Of a stretch of 64,000 nt of DNA, positions 1 through 12,800 are shown piece by piece (within the stretch, counting starts at the first letter, position 1; every line of letters begins with the position of its first letter). The notes below the pieces were generated by a model. It did not search any database. It was given only the letters and a program-made list of their open reading frames with translations, and was not told the origin of the DNA. The translations under genes and the position numbers were made by a program. Source of the DNA: Klebsormidium nitens (Eukaryota; Plantae; Klebsormidiophyceae); contig DF237454.1 of the NCBI GenBank assembly GCA_000708835.1, positions 1-64,000 on the forward strand, in the 5' to 3' direction.

Positions 1-874
1 AACGAAGCTCTGTGCAGAACGATCAAGTTGAAAGCTGCATGCTTGCGCAAAGGATTGCTCTGATGAGAACGCAGGTGCTTGAGGAGCGAATCAAAAGAAA
101 AGGAGACTACAAGCTAAGCAGGTAAGAGGAAAGGCGAAAAGGAAGAAGGAAGCATCGTAGTAGGGGAGCAAGGAGGCGCCGTCCTCCTTGCGCTGTGTAG
201 AACTGCTGAGCGACAGATTGAAGAATTTGTCGCGAAGACGCGGCTATAAAGCCGCGTTTCGGGTTAAGAGGTTCTCGTTAAGCAGAGAACCTCTGTTTTC
301 GACTAACTACGAACGTCGAAAACTATCAATTTTAAGTGAAATGGCCGGGAGTTACCAGTATCGCGTACTTCGCTTAAATTGGCATACGGTGGACGACGGC
401 ATATGCGCCGAATGTTAACACGCACAGACATCTTCGCTATTTTTGCTTTCTCTTACTTTCGCAAGCCGCCTTGTAACAGAGCGGACAATACGATAACAAG
501 AGGAGGAGGGGCTCATATGTGCTGAGGGCCAGCAGGTGCGTCAATATGCATATATGGATGGGCGTGCCACGATAGTTTCTCGTCGACGGTGCGTGCGAGC
601 TGATCGACTCCTTGTATGCGCATCAAATCCTTACAGACGGAAAACAACGCAGAATGCTCGTTGAATTGCTTCGTCTTAAGTCCGTCAGGCGCGCTCGAGG
701 CGTCAATCAAATGAAAGACCCTTTCAATATCTCTTCCTGTCAAGAGAAGGTCCAACTCGCTGCAAGACGTGCAGAGGAAGGCGACCTAGGGGACCTTGAT
801 CTATATACGTTAAATGTTTTCCAGCTTGTCCATTCAGATGCTTGATACTACATGTTAACGGGCGGTCTGACATA

Positions 875-3800
875 TCATAGACGCAACTGGGACCTCGCCT
901 TCTCAAGAACCTCTTTCCGGATCTTTGGGTAGTTCGGAGACGCCTTGATTACCTGTACCGAAGAGAACAAAGAAGGGTTAAAAGTAGCTCCCTAACTTCC
1001 TGGAATATCAGTCCGCGACAGCCAGAGAGGACTTAGGAACAGGCTTTCTCAAAATACTTAGTTTTGAGCCGTCCGATTCTCACCGGTACCTCTAATGCCT
1101 ATTTTTCGGGTTTGTGATGGCCCTCATGAGGCTAGAGAAAAGAGCCGAAACGCCAGAATTGATACGCACGCGACTCGAGTCCGCGCTCAAAAACAAGCAC
1201 GCAAACCCACAAGCAAGAAAGAAAGTTCCGTGGCCCCGATTTCACATCCCCGCAAAGCATCGCACGACAAAATCCTAACCATACGTGGTCTCACCTTATG
1301 GCATACGTCGATCGCCTCCGTCAGCCGCTTCGCCTTGAGATACGTATACGCCAGCCGGTAGCCCACGCTTGGGCTGGCCTCGTTTGTGTGGCGCCACGCG
1401 TTCTCGTATTTCTGCGCAGCGTCCTGGTACGACTGAGTCTTCTCTAGGATCTGGCCCAAGTATTCCCAGGCCTTGCCGCACGACTGGTTGTACCGGATGC
1501 ACCGCGTGCACAGGTCCTGCGGCGGAGAATCAGGGCCTTTTGACGGGTGGGGCAGTTGCAAAGAGCCCTTCGAATGGAGTTTTACTTTCAAGAATGGGAA
1601 CATCTGATGTAGCAGGACAGTTGAACACCAACAATCTATACTGAAACCGCTCCTGTGGTTATGGATCACAGCGACCCCTTGGTCATGTCAATGAAGGAAA
1701 GGCGCAGCAAACCACAAACGAAAATCGAAATTGAGGAGCGCACAACCCGCTTCAGGGATGCTGCTTCTATGTCCGCCAAAAACTTGTCTTTCCACCCTAC
1801 GTACAGACCGTATTTCCACTTACACGACCTTCAAGTCGGCGCTAAGAGCGCATTCTCACCTGCGCCGCGTCGTGCTTCCCCCCGTGGATGTACACGTCCG
1901 CGAGCATGAGCCAGCCCCGCTCTAGTTCGTCCCCGTCCTCCGCCGAGTAGCTCATCTGCTGGATGCGCTTCAGGATGTTCTTAGCCTTGGGCGACTGCTT
2001 CAGCAGCATGAACCCGGTCGCCATCGCCAGCAGCCCCGGCGCCGACTCCATGTCCTCCTTCACAACCTGGGAGAGGATAACCAGATCCTGCTGACGTTAT
2101 CATTCAGAATCTGCTGACGTCACCGATCTGCTGACGTGAGATTCTGCGAGAGTACAAGGATGAACCCGGTCGCCATCGCCAGTAGCCCCGGCGCCGACTC
2201 CATGTCCACCTTCACAACCTGAACGGACACATTGAACGTCTGCTGACGTCATCAACTGCGAACATCACAATCCAGTCAGATCACAAATTCTTGACCTCCC
2301 GAATTGCGAGCCGACTTCAAGGACGTTATTGTGCCCGTCATGCCTCAGCCCCGGCGCCGACTCCATGTCCTTATTCACATCATATACGAAAGTCGAGCCT
2401 CTGCTGACGTCACAGTATGCGAGGCATCTCTTGCGGCTGGGGCGACGACGCACGCTAAACCGGACAGAAGGAACGACTGAAGCGTGGCTTTGATTTAACC
2501 AGTTGAGATGCTGACGGTGCAAGCTGGTATCGGCATCGTTGTGCTGGTTTCGCAGCTTTCAAGGCTTCTCCGGATCCGATCATCCGCGCACAATGCACAG
2601 TAGGGGTCGATATCTAAATGCACAAGATCGGAAAACACCGGCTCAAAACGGCAACCAGGAAGCGGAGCCCACCTCGTGTAGTTTCGCCAGCGCAGCCTCG
2701 ACGTCCGCCTTTTGCTTGCTGGCCATCAGCGCGTAGCTCTCCAGCACCGTGTGCCGCAGCGGGAGTGGACCTTTAGACGACGTCGCGATCTGCGCACGCC
2801 CAAAACCAAAGTTTCGAGTGATGCCCAGCTAACACTTTGCGACCCGTCGAATCCCTCTACAGAGTGTTTAGAAACTGTAGCTTCAAACTCTTGAGAAATT
2901 TTTGTGCCATCGCTTTCCCGATGACGACTGCCAAATTTGCACAAAGAAGGTTTCTGACCCTCGAGAAAAGGGCTCTGAATCGTGGAGATAGGGAACCCGC
3001 GTAACAACGGAATTTGGATGCGTACGTCAAGATCCGCTGAGTTGCTGCCAAACCAGCACGACACCAGCCCTATGGCTTATGATTCGCGCACTCACTTCTT
3101 GCAGCACTTTCTTAGCGGCCTTGGTTGCTTCGGCGTTATCCCCCGGGCCAACCTTCTCCCCCGCGTCGCTCTGACCCTCCTCCCACAGGTTTTCGTTCTC
3201 CGGGTTGAGATAAACCTCCGCCATAGCGTATGCCGCCCGGACGCTCCACTCCGAATCCCGCCGAGCCTGCACGTGACCGCTCGAATAGAACGAATGCCCA
3301 CATGGCTTGCGGCGACACACAGAGGTCACATATAGTTACTGCGGGTCGCCGCGATAGTGTTGCAGGTGGTTTATTCTGGCGACTTCGAAGGCGGAGTTTC
3401 GGGCCACTCAGTCTCTGTGTGAGACACGTCAGGCGAGGACCGCTGTTGAGGAAGCGTACGTTGCAAGCTCGTTTAACAACCGCCCGCAAAGGTCCCAGAA
3501 GATTTCGAGGACCTGTAGATTTAACTCTGAAATAACAACGTCTGGGCAGTAAGCGTACTTGGTTAACTTCGTTCCCATCCCAACGTTCTGACCCGCAAAC
3601 TCCTCATTGCGTGATCCATTGGACCGGCCAGTCTTACTGGAATGGCCCATTTTGTGTGAGTTTTGATCCAGAAATGCTTCTTCAGAACAGAAGACACGCT
3701 AAATGAAAGGGGGCCAAGAGCTGCTCCATAATAGATAACAAGACCGTCTTGTTAAAAGGGGCCGCAATACGCGGGATATCCACCAAAGACTAAAGCCGTG

Positions 3801-6800
3801 GACTCTCAGCTGTGCTTAGTCCCCCACCTGGTTGAGCTCTTTGAGTGCGTCGTTGGGCGCGCAGCTGTGGCGCGCGTACATCCCCTTGCAGAATCGGTAC
3901 CCCGCCTCCACCTCCGCGTGCGGGTTCGCCTTCTCCGCGTTCTTAAACAGCGCGGGGACTTCAGAGAGGCGGCCGCACCGCCGCATGAGCTGCATTATGC
4001 GGTGGCGTCGAGATTCGGAGAGTATAACCCCAAAAGCAGAGCATTGTCACGGCTGTCCGCGGACAAGGCCATGGAAAACTATTTCCGAGAAAAAGTTGAC
4101 AGCTTATTTCGCTTGATAACTAGGCGCTTGAACGGTCAGGACAGGCCAAAAGTCGGACGCTTTGACTGCGCTTTGTCCATCCAAACTCAAGCAGTCCTAA
4201 ATTTTGGCTTGAGCTAAAGGCTCTGGGTTTGATGCACGCATGCATCTTAGACGGGCCAGCATTTAAAGTCCACGCGTTTAACCACTTGATGAACAGATCA
4301 AGCAGACTAAGTCCGCGCGCGCGCACCTGTATGAGCTGGTGCAGCGCGCTGTGATTGCAGGGCGCCTTTTTGGCGCACGTTGGACGAGCCAGCATCTGAG
4401 GGGAACGACCTTAATCGCATACTTCACCAGTGCAGAAACTGGGCGCGCGCACCTGTATGAGCTGGTGCAGCGCGCCGTAGTTGCAGGGCGCCTTTTCCAG
4501 GAGCTGCTGGAAGTGGTACACCGCGGAGTCGTACTGCTCCTTGCGGCACATGACGTCAGCGATCATCAGGCTCGCGTCAGCGTTGGTCGCGTCCACGCGC
4601 AGCAGCGCCGTGCACTGCGCCTGGCACGCGTCCTGCGCGTGGGGTTTGAGGGTTTAGCAGTGATTTGATTGAGGATTCGGGTGTGACTCGGTTCGCTTAA
4701 CAACATAAATTGGAGGATCAGCTAACGAAATGGGGGGCCACAACTGGCGAACTTGAAAGCTCCTCAGGTGCAATATTCCAGGTGTTAAGCCGCTTGGTTC
4801 GCCTATAAGGTGCGTCCGTTTCTTCAAAGTCGCTTAGGAAAATTCACACCATCGCTATAATTCTGATAGCGAAGAATTTTCTTTCGCTTCGCATTTGTTT
4901 GCAGCTAAAGTTTCGCAGAGTAATCAAGCGGAAGGCCCGATCCAGACTGCGTGCCAAGCTGCGCAAACGGCTCATGCTGCCGACAACACCCTCATTCCAA
5001 GAAGTTGCACTCCCGCAAATAACGATTCAGCCTGTAACCAAAGTAGGTGAGCCTTTGGTAAAAGAACTTTCGTCAGAAAGGTATGTTGTCGCTGAAGGTG
5101 ACTCGAATCAAACAGCGCCACACTGAGCCGTCAGCTGCCACCATGCTCGGCGTGAAAAGCGGGCGAAGGCGACCATTTGACTGCGCCGCCCACTCACCAG
5201 GTCGCCCGTTTGGAGGTAGAGCCGCGCTAACGAGAGCATTGTGGGCACGTGCCCCTCCGCCTGCTTCAAACCCTCGTGGTAGAACCCCGCGGCCGCGTCG
5301 GGCGCCTTGGCGGCCTCGCTGTCGCGCGCGAGCATCTGGCAGATGTCGGCGGCAATCTGGAGCGGAACAGAAACGACTCGTCAGGTTTCGTGCGTCAGAA
5401 GTCAATTTAACTTTCATTGTTCAGAAAGAAAGTTTCGTGGTTCAGGACTCCAGGATTTTGTGGTCCGGTTCGTGAATCTTTTGGTGTTATCGCAAAGGTT
5501 GTGTCTTTGAATTTATGCTTTCTTGAGAGCAAGAGTCCAAATCCTGAAAGCAATGAAGTTGCGAAAGAGCACAAGGAAGCATTAGATTTTGCAGCTCGAG
5601 AAGAAGAGTCCTCGAAAGAACGGAATCTTCTCCTCTGTGGTCAAAGCAGGGGGGATACGGGAAACAACAGCGCCTCTCAACGTTGATCAAAAAGGTGCAG
5701 AGAGCAGCATTCGGAGACCAAACAGCAGCAAGCGCAGGCTGCGAGCGAAACCACTTCACAAGCGGAACGGCTCCACAAGCGGAACGGCTATATAAGCGGA
5801 ACAGATCCACGGGTCCCACACCTGTTTCTGCACGCGCACGGTGTCGGGCTGCTCGAGCCGCGTCTTGGCGAGGACGGCCTCCTGCGCGGTGCGCGCGCGC
5901 AGGAGCGCGCCGTGCGCGTCGTCCTTCTTCCCGCGCGCCTGGTGGACCTTGGTCAGCAGTAGCAGCGCCTGGACCTCCTGAGAAAGGAGGGAGTGACGTC
6001 AGCGGTGCGCTTGATGCCGTCAGCCAGAGGAGAAGAGGACCGTCTGTCTGGGTGCTGAAGATAGAGAGGGAGGGGAGGGAGAGTTGACTCCTGCGGTGTA
6101 GATGATTTGCCAGAGAAACGGAGGGGCCGTATTGCACACGATTGCACTGGAGAGCTGACCAGAAGTGTCGCTGCGAAAGAGATAAGAGAGGTAAACATTG
6201 GAGGAGAATGGTCATAACACGAGTAGGACAAAGGGAGGGGCCGCAGACATGAATTGAATTGAATGATTTAACGACTCAACGGGGGCTTGCACCAGACCTT
6301 TTAAGCATACCACAGGTCAGATCGTCACGTCACACCCCTTTGAGCGGCGACGTTTCTCACCTGCATCAACGCCTGCGCGTCGCCCAAAGTTTCATCGTCG
6401 TCCGCAGCCCCGCGTTCCAAAATCTGCGCGAGCGCGCGCTCGCACTCGTCCAGTTTCTTGAGCTTGAAGTAGAGCGCCGCAAGATCGTACTGCATCCCGC
6501 GTTTCTCGGCGCCGGGTGCCACGTGGCCGCCGGTGAGCGTGGCCTCGTAGTGCGCGAGCGCCTTGGCGTAGCTGTGCGTCTGGACCAGCGCGCGGCCGAT
6601 GCGGGCAACTAGAGCAGCGTCGTTTGGATTCCGCTGCAGACCCGGCGCTTATAATCAGGGGGTTTATTTTTAAGACGGGATGTAAGCACGAGGAAAAGGC
6701 AGCGAGGAGAGATTGGCGCGTCTGAGGAAAGGATCGGACTGAAAGTCGAATGTACGGTGCATAGAACGTTTTTCGGAAGTCCATAGTAAGGCACCGGTCA

Positions 6801-9800
6801 AAAGATGTCAACCTCATGTTTGCGGATTCATGGTAGAAGCCCAAAAGCTGAGTTGAAATGCAGGAGTATGATATTTTCAGGTGGGTGAAGTTCGGAGAGA
6901 CCGCTCAATTTTGCGATCCACATCAGATGTTGCACCGCAGCTCAGCGCGCTGATGCCTGGCCGAGGGTATCAAAGCCGAAGTTCGGTAAAATGTAGTTAA
7001 AGGTGGGTTCGCTATGAGCACGAGACGCATCGCTAAGAATGGGTTGCCAAGTACGATAATCGCAAGATTTCAGGATGTTAGCCTCTCACCCGAAGCGCTT
7101 CCTGAAAGGCGGCGATGGCTTTCGCCGGGTCCTGGATGCGCATGTACGCCTCCCCCAGCATCATGTACACTTGCGGCGTCTTGAACCTGCACGACGAGGA
7201 GAAAGGGCTGGGTTGCTCTACCGAGACCGAAGTCGCCGCGACCTACAGCACGGGGCCCGTTGGCCGACAGGCTTCCATGGCGACAACGACAAAGAGCAAG
7301 GTACGAGCTGTTTCTGGGACTTGCAGGCAACAATCTTCGAAGTTCTTACAGCGTTTACGCAAGGATTTGGGTTCTCTCAGCAACCGCGGTTGGGAGCGCT
7401 TCTCAGCTCCTTCTCCTCTTAACAATCGTCCAAATTTCCAAAAGCAACTTGCACACCGCCTTTTAGATCAATATAAAATGTATTCACATCGTTTACGCAG
7501 CTTGCAAAACGAAGCAGAGAATGGACGTCTCTGGACGGTGCCAAACTATGGTGACGCTGGAGAGAACCGTACCGTTCTGCCAACTCAGCGTAGCTCTGCG
7601 CGTATGCGGCGCGGTCTTTGCGGTGCTTGAGCAGAATATCCGCCATAGCCACTTTCGCCTTGACGAACTGCGGGCTGTCCTTGGGGATGGCCCGCAAATA
7701 GGAGAGCGCCACGTCAGTGTCCCCGCGCGCGAGTGACAGCTCGCAGTTGGCGATGATCACGCGGACCTGCGGGGCAAGATCACAGGCTCTTGATTAAAAG
7801 CTCAACGGGATGTGTTCAGGAAAACCCTCTTCTGTTTGGAACAAATGCCTGGTTAGATCTTTGATGCGGACTCGCAGTCACTTTAGCAGTCACTGTTGCG
7901 CTTCTCTTTCCTCGGTACTTGCTTACGGTAGCTTGTACCTCGTTAACTTCCCGGTGGTTCCAAAGACCCGGGAATAACCCGGGCCCGGGTCCGGTACGCA
8001 GAATGTCATTGGAAACTTCACAGATCGACTCCTGCAGTCACGGCGTTAGGGACTCGGGATAAGACTTTCTAAGAGAGGCAACGAACTATCCGAGCGGACG
8101 ATCTTACTGCGAAGATAGTTCACCGTTGATACCTGTCCTTCCGCATCTTTAACCGCTCTATCTCCAATAAGCGACATTTTTACACTTGGACTAACTTCTT
8201 CAAACCGGAAAGCGCACCTCTTCCGGCGTTCCGGCGAACTCGTTCATCGCGTCTTGGACCACCTTGGTCGCCTCCGGCACGTGCCCCAGCTTCAGCTGCG
8301 CGGCCGCGAGCGTCAGATAGATATCCACCCGGTCGCTCAAAGCCGCGGAAGGAGTGCCCGGTTGAGACCCTCCGGCTGACGTCATGCTCGGTCGGCGCGC
8401 CACGTGTTTGACTCCAGGAAGGCTCATTGCGCCCTCAAGTACCTAGCGAAGGAGAGACGGGAAAGGGTTAGCTAAAAGATGTAGATCAGAAGAAAAAGAT
8501 GCAAATTGGTTTCTTCAGAGCATGCCCATATGTTGTCGAGTACTTCCGAGCAGATTCCTGAGGTTGGGCCGATTGATCGTTTCTGTTTCTAATTGCTTGA
8601 GAATGGGCACCAGAGACGGTCTTGGGTGCGTAGTTTTCACGCAGAGAGCCGTTGTTGCGTTTCCTCCCACAAATCAACACATTGGATCATCAAATTCAGA
8701 TTATTCTGCTTTAAGACGGAAAGCACGGAGTCGGCGGCTTTAGCTGCAACATTCCGCTGGGATGGCATGGACATAATTCCGTTCTCAACGGAACGCTTGC
8801 CTTGACGGCCTCCTCGGGCTGCCCCCCGGCCAGATGCACTTTGGCGAGCACGGCAGCGTAGTGCGGCGAGTTCCGTNNNNNNNNNNNNNNNNNNNNNNNN
8901 NNNNNNNNNNNNNNNNNNNNNNNNNNNNNNNNNNNNNNNNNNNNNNNNNNNNNNNNNNNNNNNNNNNNNNNNNNNNNNNNNNNNNNNNNNNNNNNNNNNN
9001 NNNNNNNNNNNNNNNNNNNNNNNNNNNNNNNNNNNNNNNNNNNNNNNNNNNNNNNNNNNNNNNNNNNNNNNNNNTTTCGTGCTTTACTCCCACCTCTAGG
9101 GGTTGAGATTAATCCTAACGTTGAGGGGGCATGGAGAATTCGTGCGCGACCGCCTGTTCCAGCTGCCCGGCGGCCAGGTAGATCTGCAAAGGGAAAGGTT
9201 TGCAATTTGAAATCGAGGTTCGGATTCTGAACTCTGGCTTTCGGGTTCCATTTTGAGGTGTTTTAAACTATTGGATTAGGGAGGTCATCTGGAGAGTTGC
9301 TAGGCTAATCTGCAGAAAGAACCTTGCGCATAGGGGATCGTGCGCGACCGCCTGCTCCGGTCCGCGGCAGCCGGCGTAAATGTGCGCTGCGCTAGTTAGA
9401 TCTGGGGGTGACAAGTGGGACGTAGAACCCAGGAATCGAGGGTTTTGAGCGGTTTTTGTAGTCCACCACGTTGCAGAATCATATAAGGCCGTTCCTTCAA
9501 TTCTGCTGACCCGCACAACTTCCAAGCTACAGTATTTGGAAAATTACTTCGAAGCAGCAGGTCATCCGCGTCGGCCTGCAGAGCTACAGTAGCTACGCAC
9601 TGGCAGCGCCCATCATCAACCACTTTCGAAGGAGTCACTACGTACCGAGGTTTCGAATCTGCATAGTTTTCCCAGTCTTAAAACATGTCCGCTTCGGCCC
9701 TGACAGCGCCTATTACGCATGCATTTGCGCAGCCCTTTTGTCGTGAGTTCTGGGTCTGCCTCACCTGACTCTGGAGCACGTTCGCCTCGGCCGACGCGGC

Positions 9801-12800
9801 CTCGAGCCGCAGCGCGGCCGCGACCGCGCGCTGCGCGCCCTCGAAGTCCGCATCCACGTACTTGGCACGTCCGAGCAGAAGTTGGACGTCCGGCAACCCG
9901 GGGGCCGCCTTGTACAGCACGTCCAAAACCTGAGAAGAGCAGCCGTGTTACGAGACACGTCAGCGGTGTCGTCATAACGGGCCAACAAGGATCAATCATT
10001 AGGAGCTGTGGTTAAGTCTTCATACCTATATAAACACCTCTGGATGTAGTTTGTTGTGGTCAGGGTGAGATAAAGGGAATGGATTGTCCCCCCGACCCAT
10101 CTTGAGGTCGACATTTCAAGGGAATCCAAAACGCTTCATTCTGCGACACCTCTGCAATTACTTCCTCATCTCCTGAATGACCATTCGGATCCTTTCCACT
10201 GTCTCCTGATATCTGGCAATTTATTCACAATGGAAAGCCAACTATACAATAACACAGACAAAAACGGGACCCAGCGAAGCCAATAGCCCCCAAGTCGACG
10301 ACCCTTCTTCGTATCATCGTTCGAAGGATACGCGACCGCAGATTGAAGCACAGAACCTCCGCGCTTACCTTGACCGCGTTTCCCACGTGTGGGCTCGCCG
10401 GCTCCGCCGGGCCCCGGGGTTCCGTTCCGGCCTGCGCCAGAAACTCCCGGGCGGCGTCCAGCAGCCGATCCGGCTCTAACGCGGCGTAAAAGCCTAACCC
10501 CGGTCTTAACCTCCGCAAAGCCCGGAGGTGCGCCTCGACTGCTTGTTCGAGAAGCGCGCACGCGCGCGCGCTGTCGCGGTCTTTCAGGCGGGCGATAGCG
10601 GCGGAGAGGAAAAGGAGTGGTGGGGAAGGGTCGGCGGAGGTGGACATCTCGCTGAGGAACTCGAGGTGGGAGGCGGCCTCTTGGAGCTGGCCCAGAGCGA
10701 TCTGCGGGTCAGAAAATTTGGTTCGAAGGGTCAATATAAGCGTTTAAGAAGAGAACAAGGAGATCCAGCTTGGATCTCATGCAGGCTCCGAGACAGGCGG
10801 CTTGCTGGAGCTGGCCTAGCGCATTTAGCGGCTAACGACAGAAGCCAAAGGAAGGTTCCAAAGACGGTGAATAGGGTTGGGACATGCTACGACGAAGTAC
10901 TCGAAGCAGAGTCAGCTTGTACTAGAGAAGCTTCCAGACGTGGAAGACAGGAACCAAGTAAGTCTTCGGCCCTCACCTGGCAGAAGAGCGAGCCGTAAAC
11001 CGCGTCCATGTTCATCTCGTCCAGCTGCGACGCGCGCCGATACGTCCTCAGCGCCTCGGCCGCGTTTCCCGATAGCAGCTGCTGGTACCCGCACTCCGCG
11101 ATGTACCGGGCATCCCCCGGGGCAAGTTTGCACGCTCGGTCGACTAGCGTTAGGGTTTTCTGGATGACGGCGGGTGCCGATTTGCCCGCCAACCGGGCAA
11201 GAGGCTGGGCGGATTCGAAGTAGACGGCCGCGTTGCGGGGCTCGGTGCGGTCGATGCTGTCGAGCAGGTCGGTCTGCGGGGAAAAGGGACGACTGGTGTT
11301 CCTATGACAAGTGTAACGTCATGCTTTCGGAGCTAGTGCAGACACGAAAGAACTTTGTTTGGCTGACGACTTCGGCAACGTCGTGTCTTATCGCAGCTGG
11401 ATGAAGTCACGAGGTAAACGATCGTCAGCATCGAACAGAGTCGAAGAGCGTTCGACCTTCGGAAGTTTGTACGAAAAGACGCCCTTGAGGAGTGCTACAA
11501 TGTGCGCCCAGCTAGATATTCGTGTGCGGCACCGTGTACTGCATAGCAAGAAAGTGCGCCCTCGTAAAACTTTGCCTGGGGATCCAGGCCGACCAGAATT
11601 GGTGACGGCGTTCCTTCGGCCAGCGTAACACTTACTTCATTGGTCGGTATATACTTTGATTAAAAGTCTTTTTGCGTCAAAACTGGCGTGACAGGCTGCG
11701 CCTCCTTTCTGAATGGTTTCAACCCAGTCGGGTAGACGGAAGACTTTCTCGAGAGCTCTGAACGCGTTCCTACTCGCGCGCACTCACCAGGTGTCTGAGC
11801 GCAATCTGCGGCCGGCTCTCCTGGCTCAGCAGGTAGAGCGCCGAGAGGCGCAGAGCGTCGATGTTGGCGGGATCGACGGTCAGGATGCGCTGCGCGACCT
11901 CCATAGCCTGCTCCCAGTCACCAACGGCCACCAGCAGCTTTGCTTTCTCGGTCAGTCCGGGGATGAACCAGGAGTGAGCCACGATGACCTGAAACAGCGG
12001 ATAGAGGGGTTTAACCAACCGTCTGCGCAAATGCTCCTCGTTGGGTTAGAGGCGGTCAGCACGAGGACAAACCAGAAGTAGTAAGCCACGATGATTCTGG
12101 AGGCGACGCATGAGGTGTGGGTTGTACAAACTTGTCTCGTTAAATCAACTGTCGGTTAGAGATCCACACTCTTGTTCCTTCAGTCATCCTAAGAGCGTTC
12201 CAGGAGCAGCAACTGATGACCTAGCAGAAAGGGGCGGAATCAAACCTGGAAGGTATGACAGTTTGAACAAGTGAAGCCGCACTTGATGCACGAAGAACAA
12301 GCGGCTATTGAAAACTTGAGAGCGTCAGCAGCTTTTGATGCTCTGAAAGATAGTGTGACTGCTGTTTGTGAACGCTCGTTAAATCCGACAGCACTTAGGC
12401 TAGCGCAGAAAAGCTCTATGAGAACGTGGGTTGTGAGGAGGCCGTAGCATAAAAGAACCGACACAAGGAATGAGATTTGTGAGAGAGGGGCCTCACTAGT
12501 AACTCGCTTTGCTCATCAGTTTCCAGGAAGCATAGTAACTGAAGAAAGGTCTCCAGCATCAGATAGACTGGAACGTAGACATGAAGACACAAAGTGAGGA
12601 CGCTTGGGCAGTGTGATCCAGTTCAAGGGCGAAGCAAATTCTCGCCATGACTTCCTTGAGTATTGCAGTGCACAACAGACTCCCAGTCACAGCCCATAGC
12701 TGGGCCAGAAGTTCCATGCCAATGCAGACATTCCAGGGCCAGTGCTAGTGGGACATTGGACATGTGGCCGCACCCATCCTTACCTGGTTGATGTGCTCCA

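Noticed and set aside
513-906. Protein-like ORFs downstream of the TTC21B stop
   Set aside because: They overlap the probable 3' UTR or terminator region, and I could not assign a family or a splice structure.
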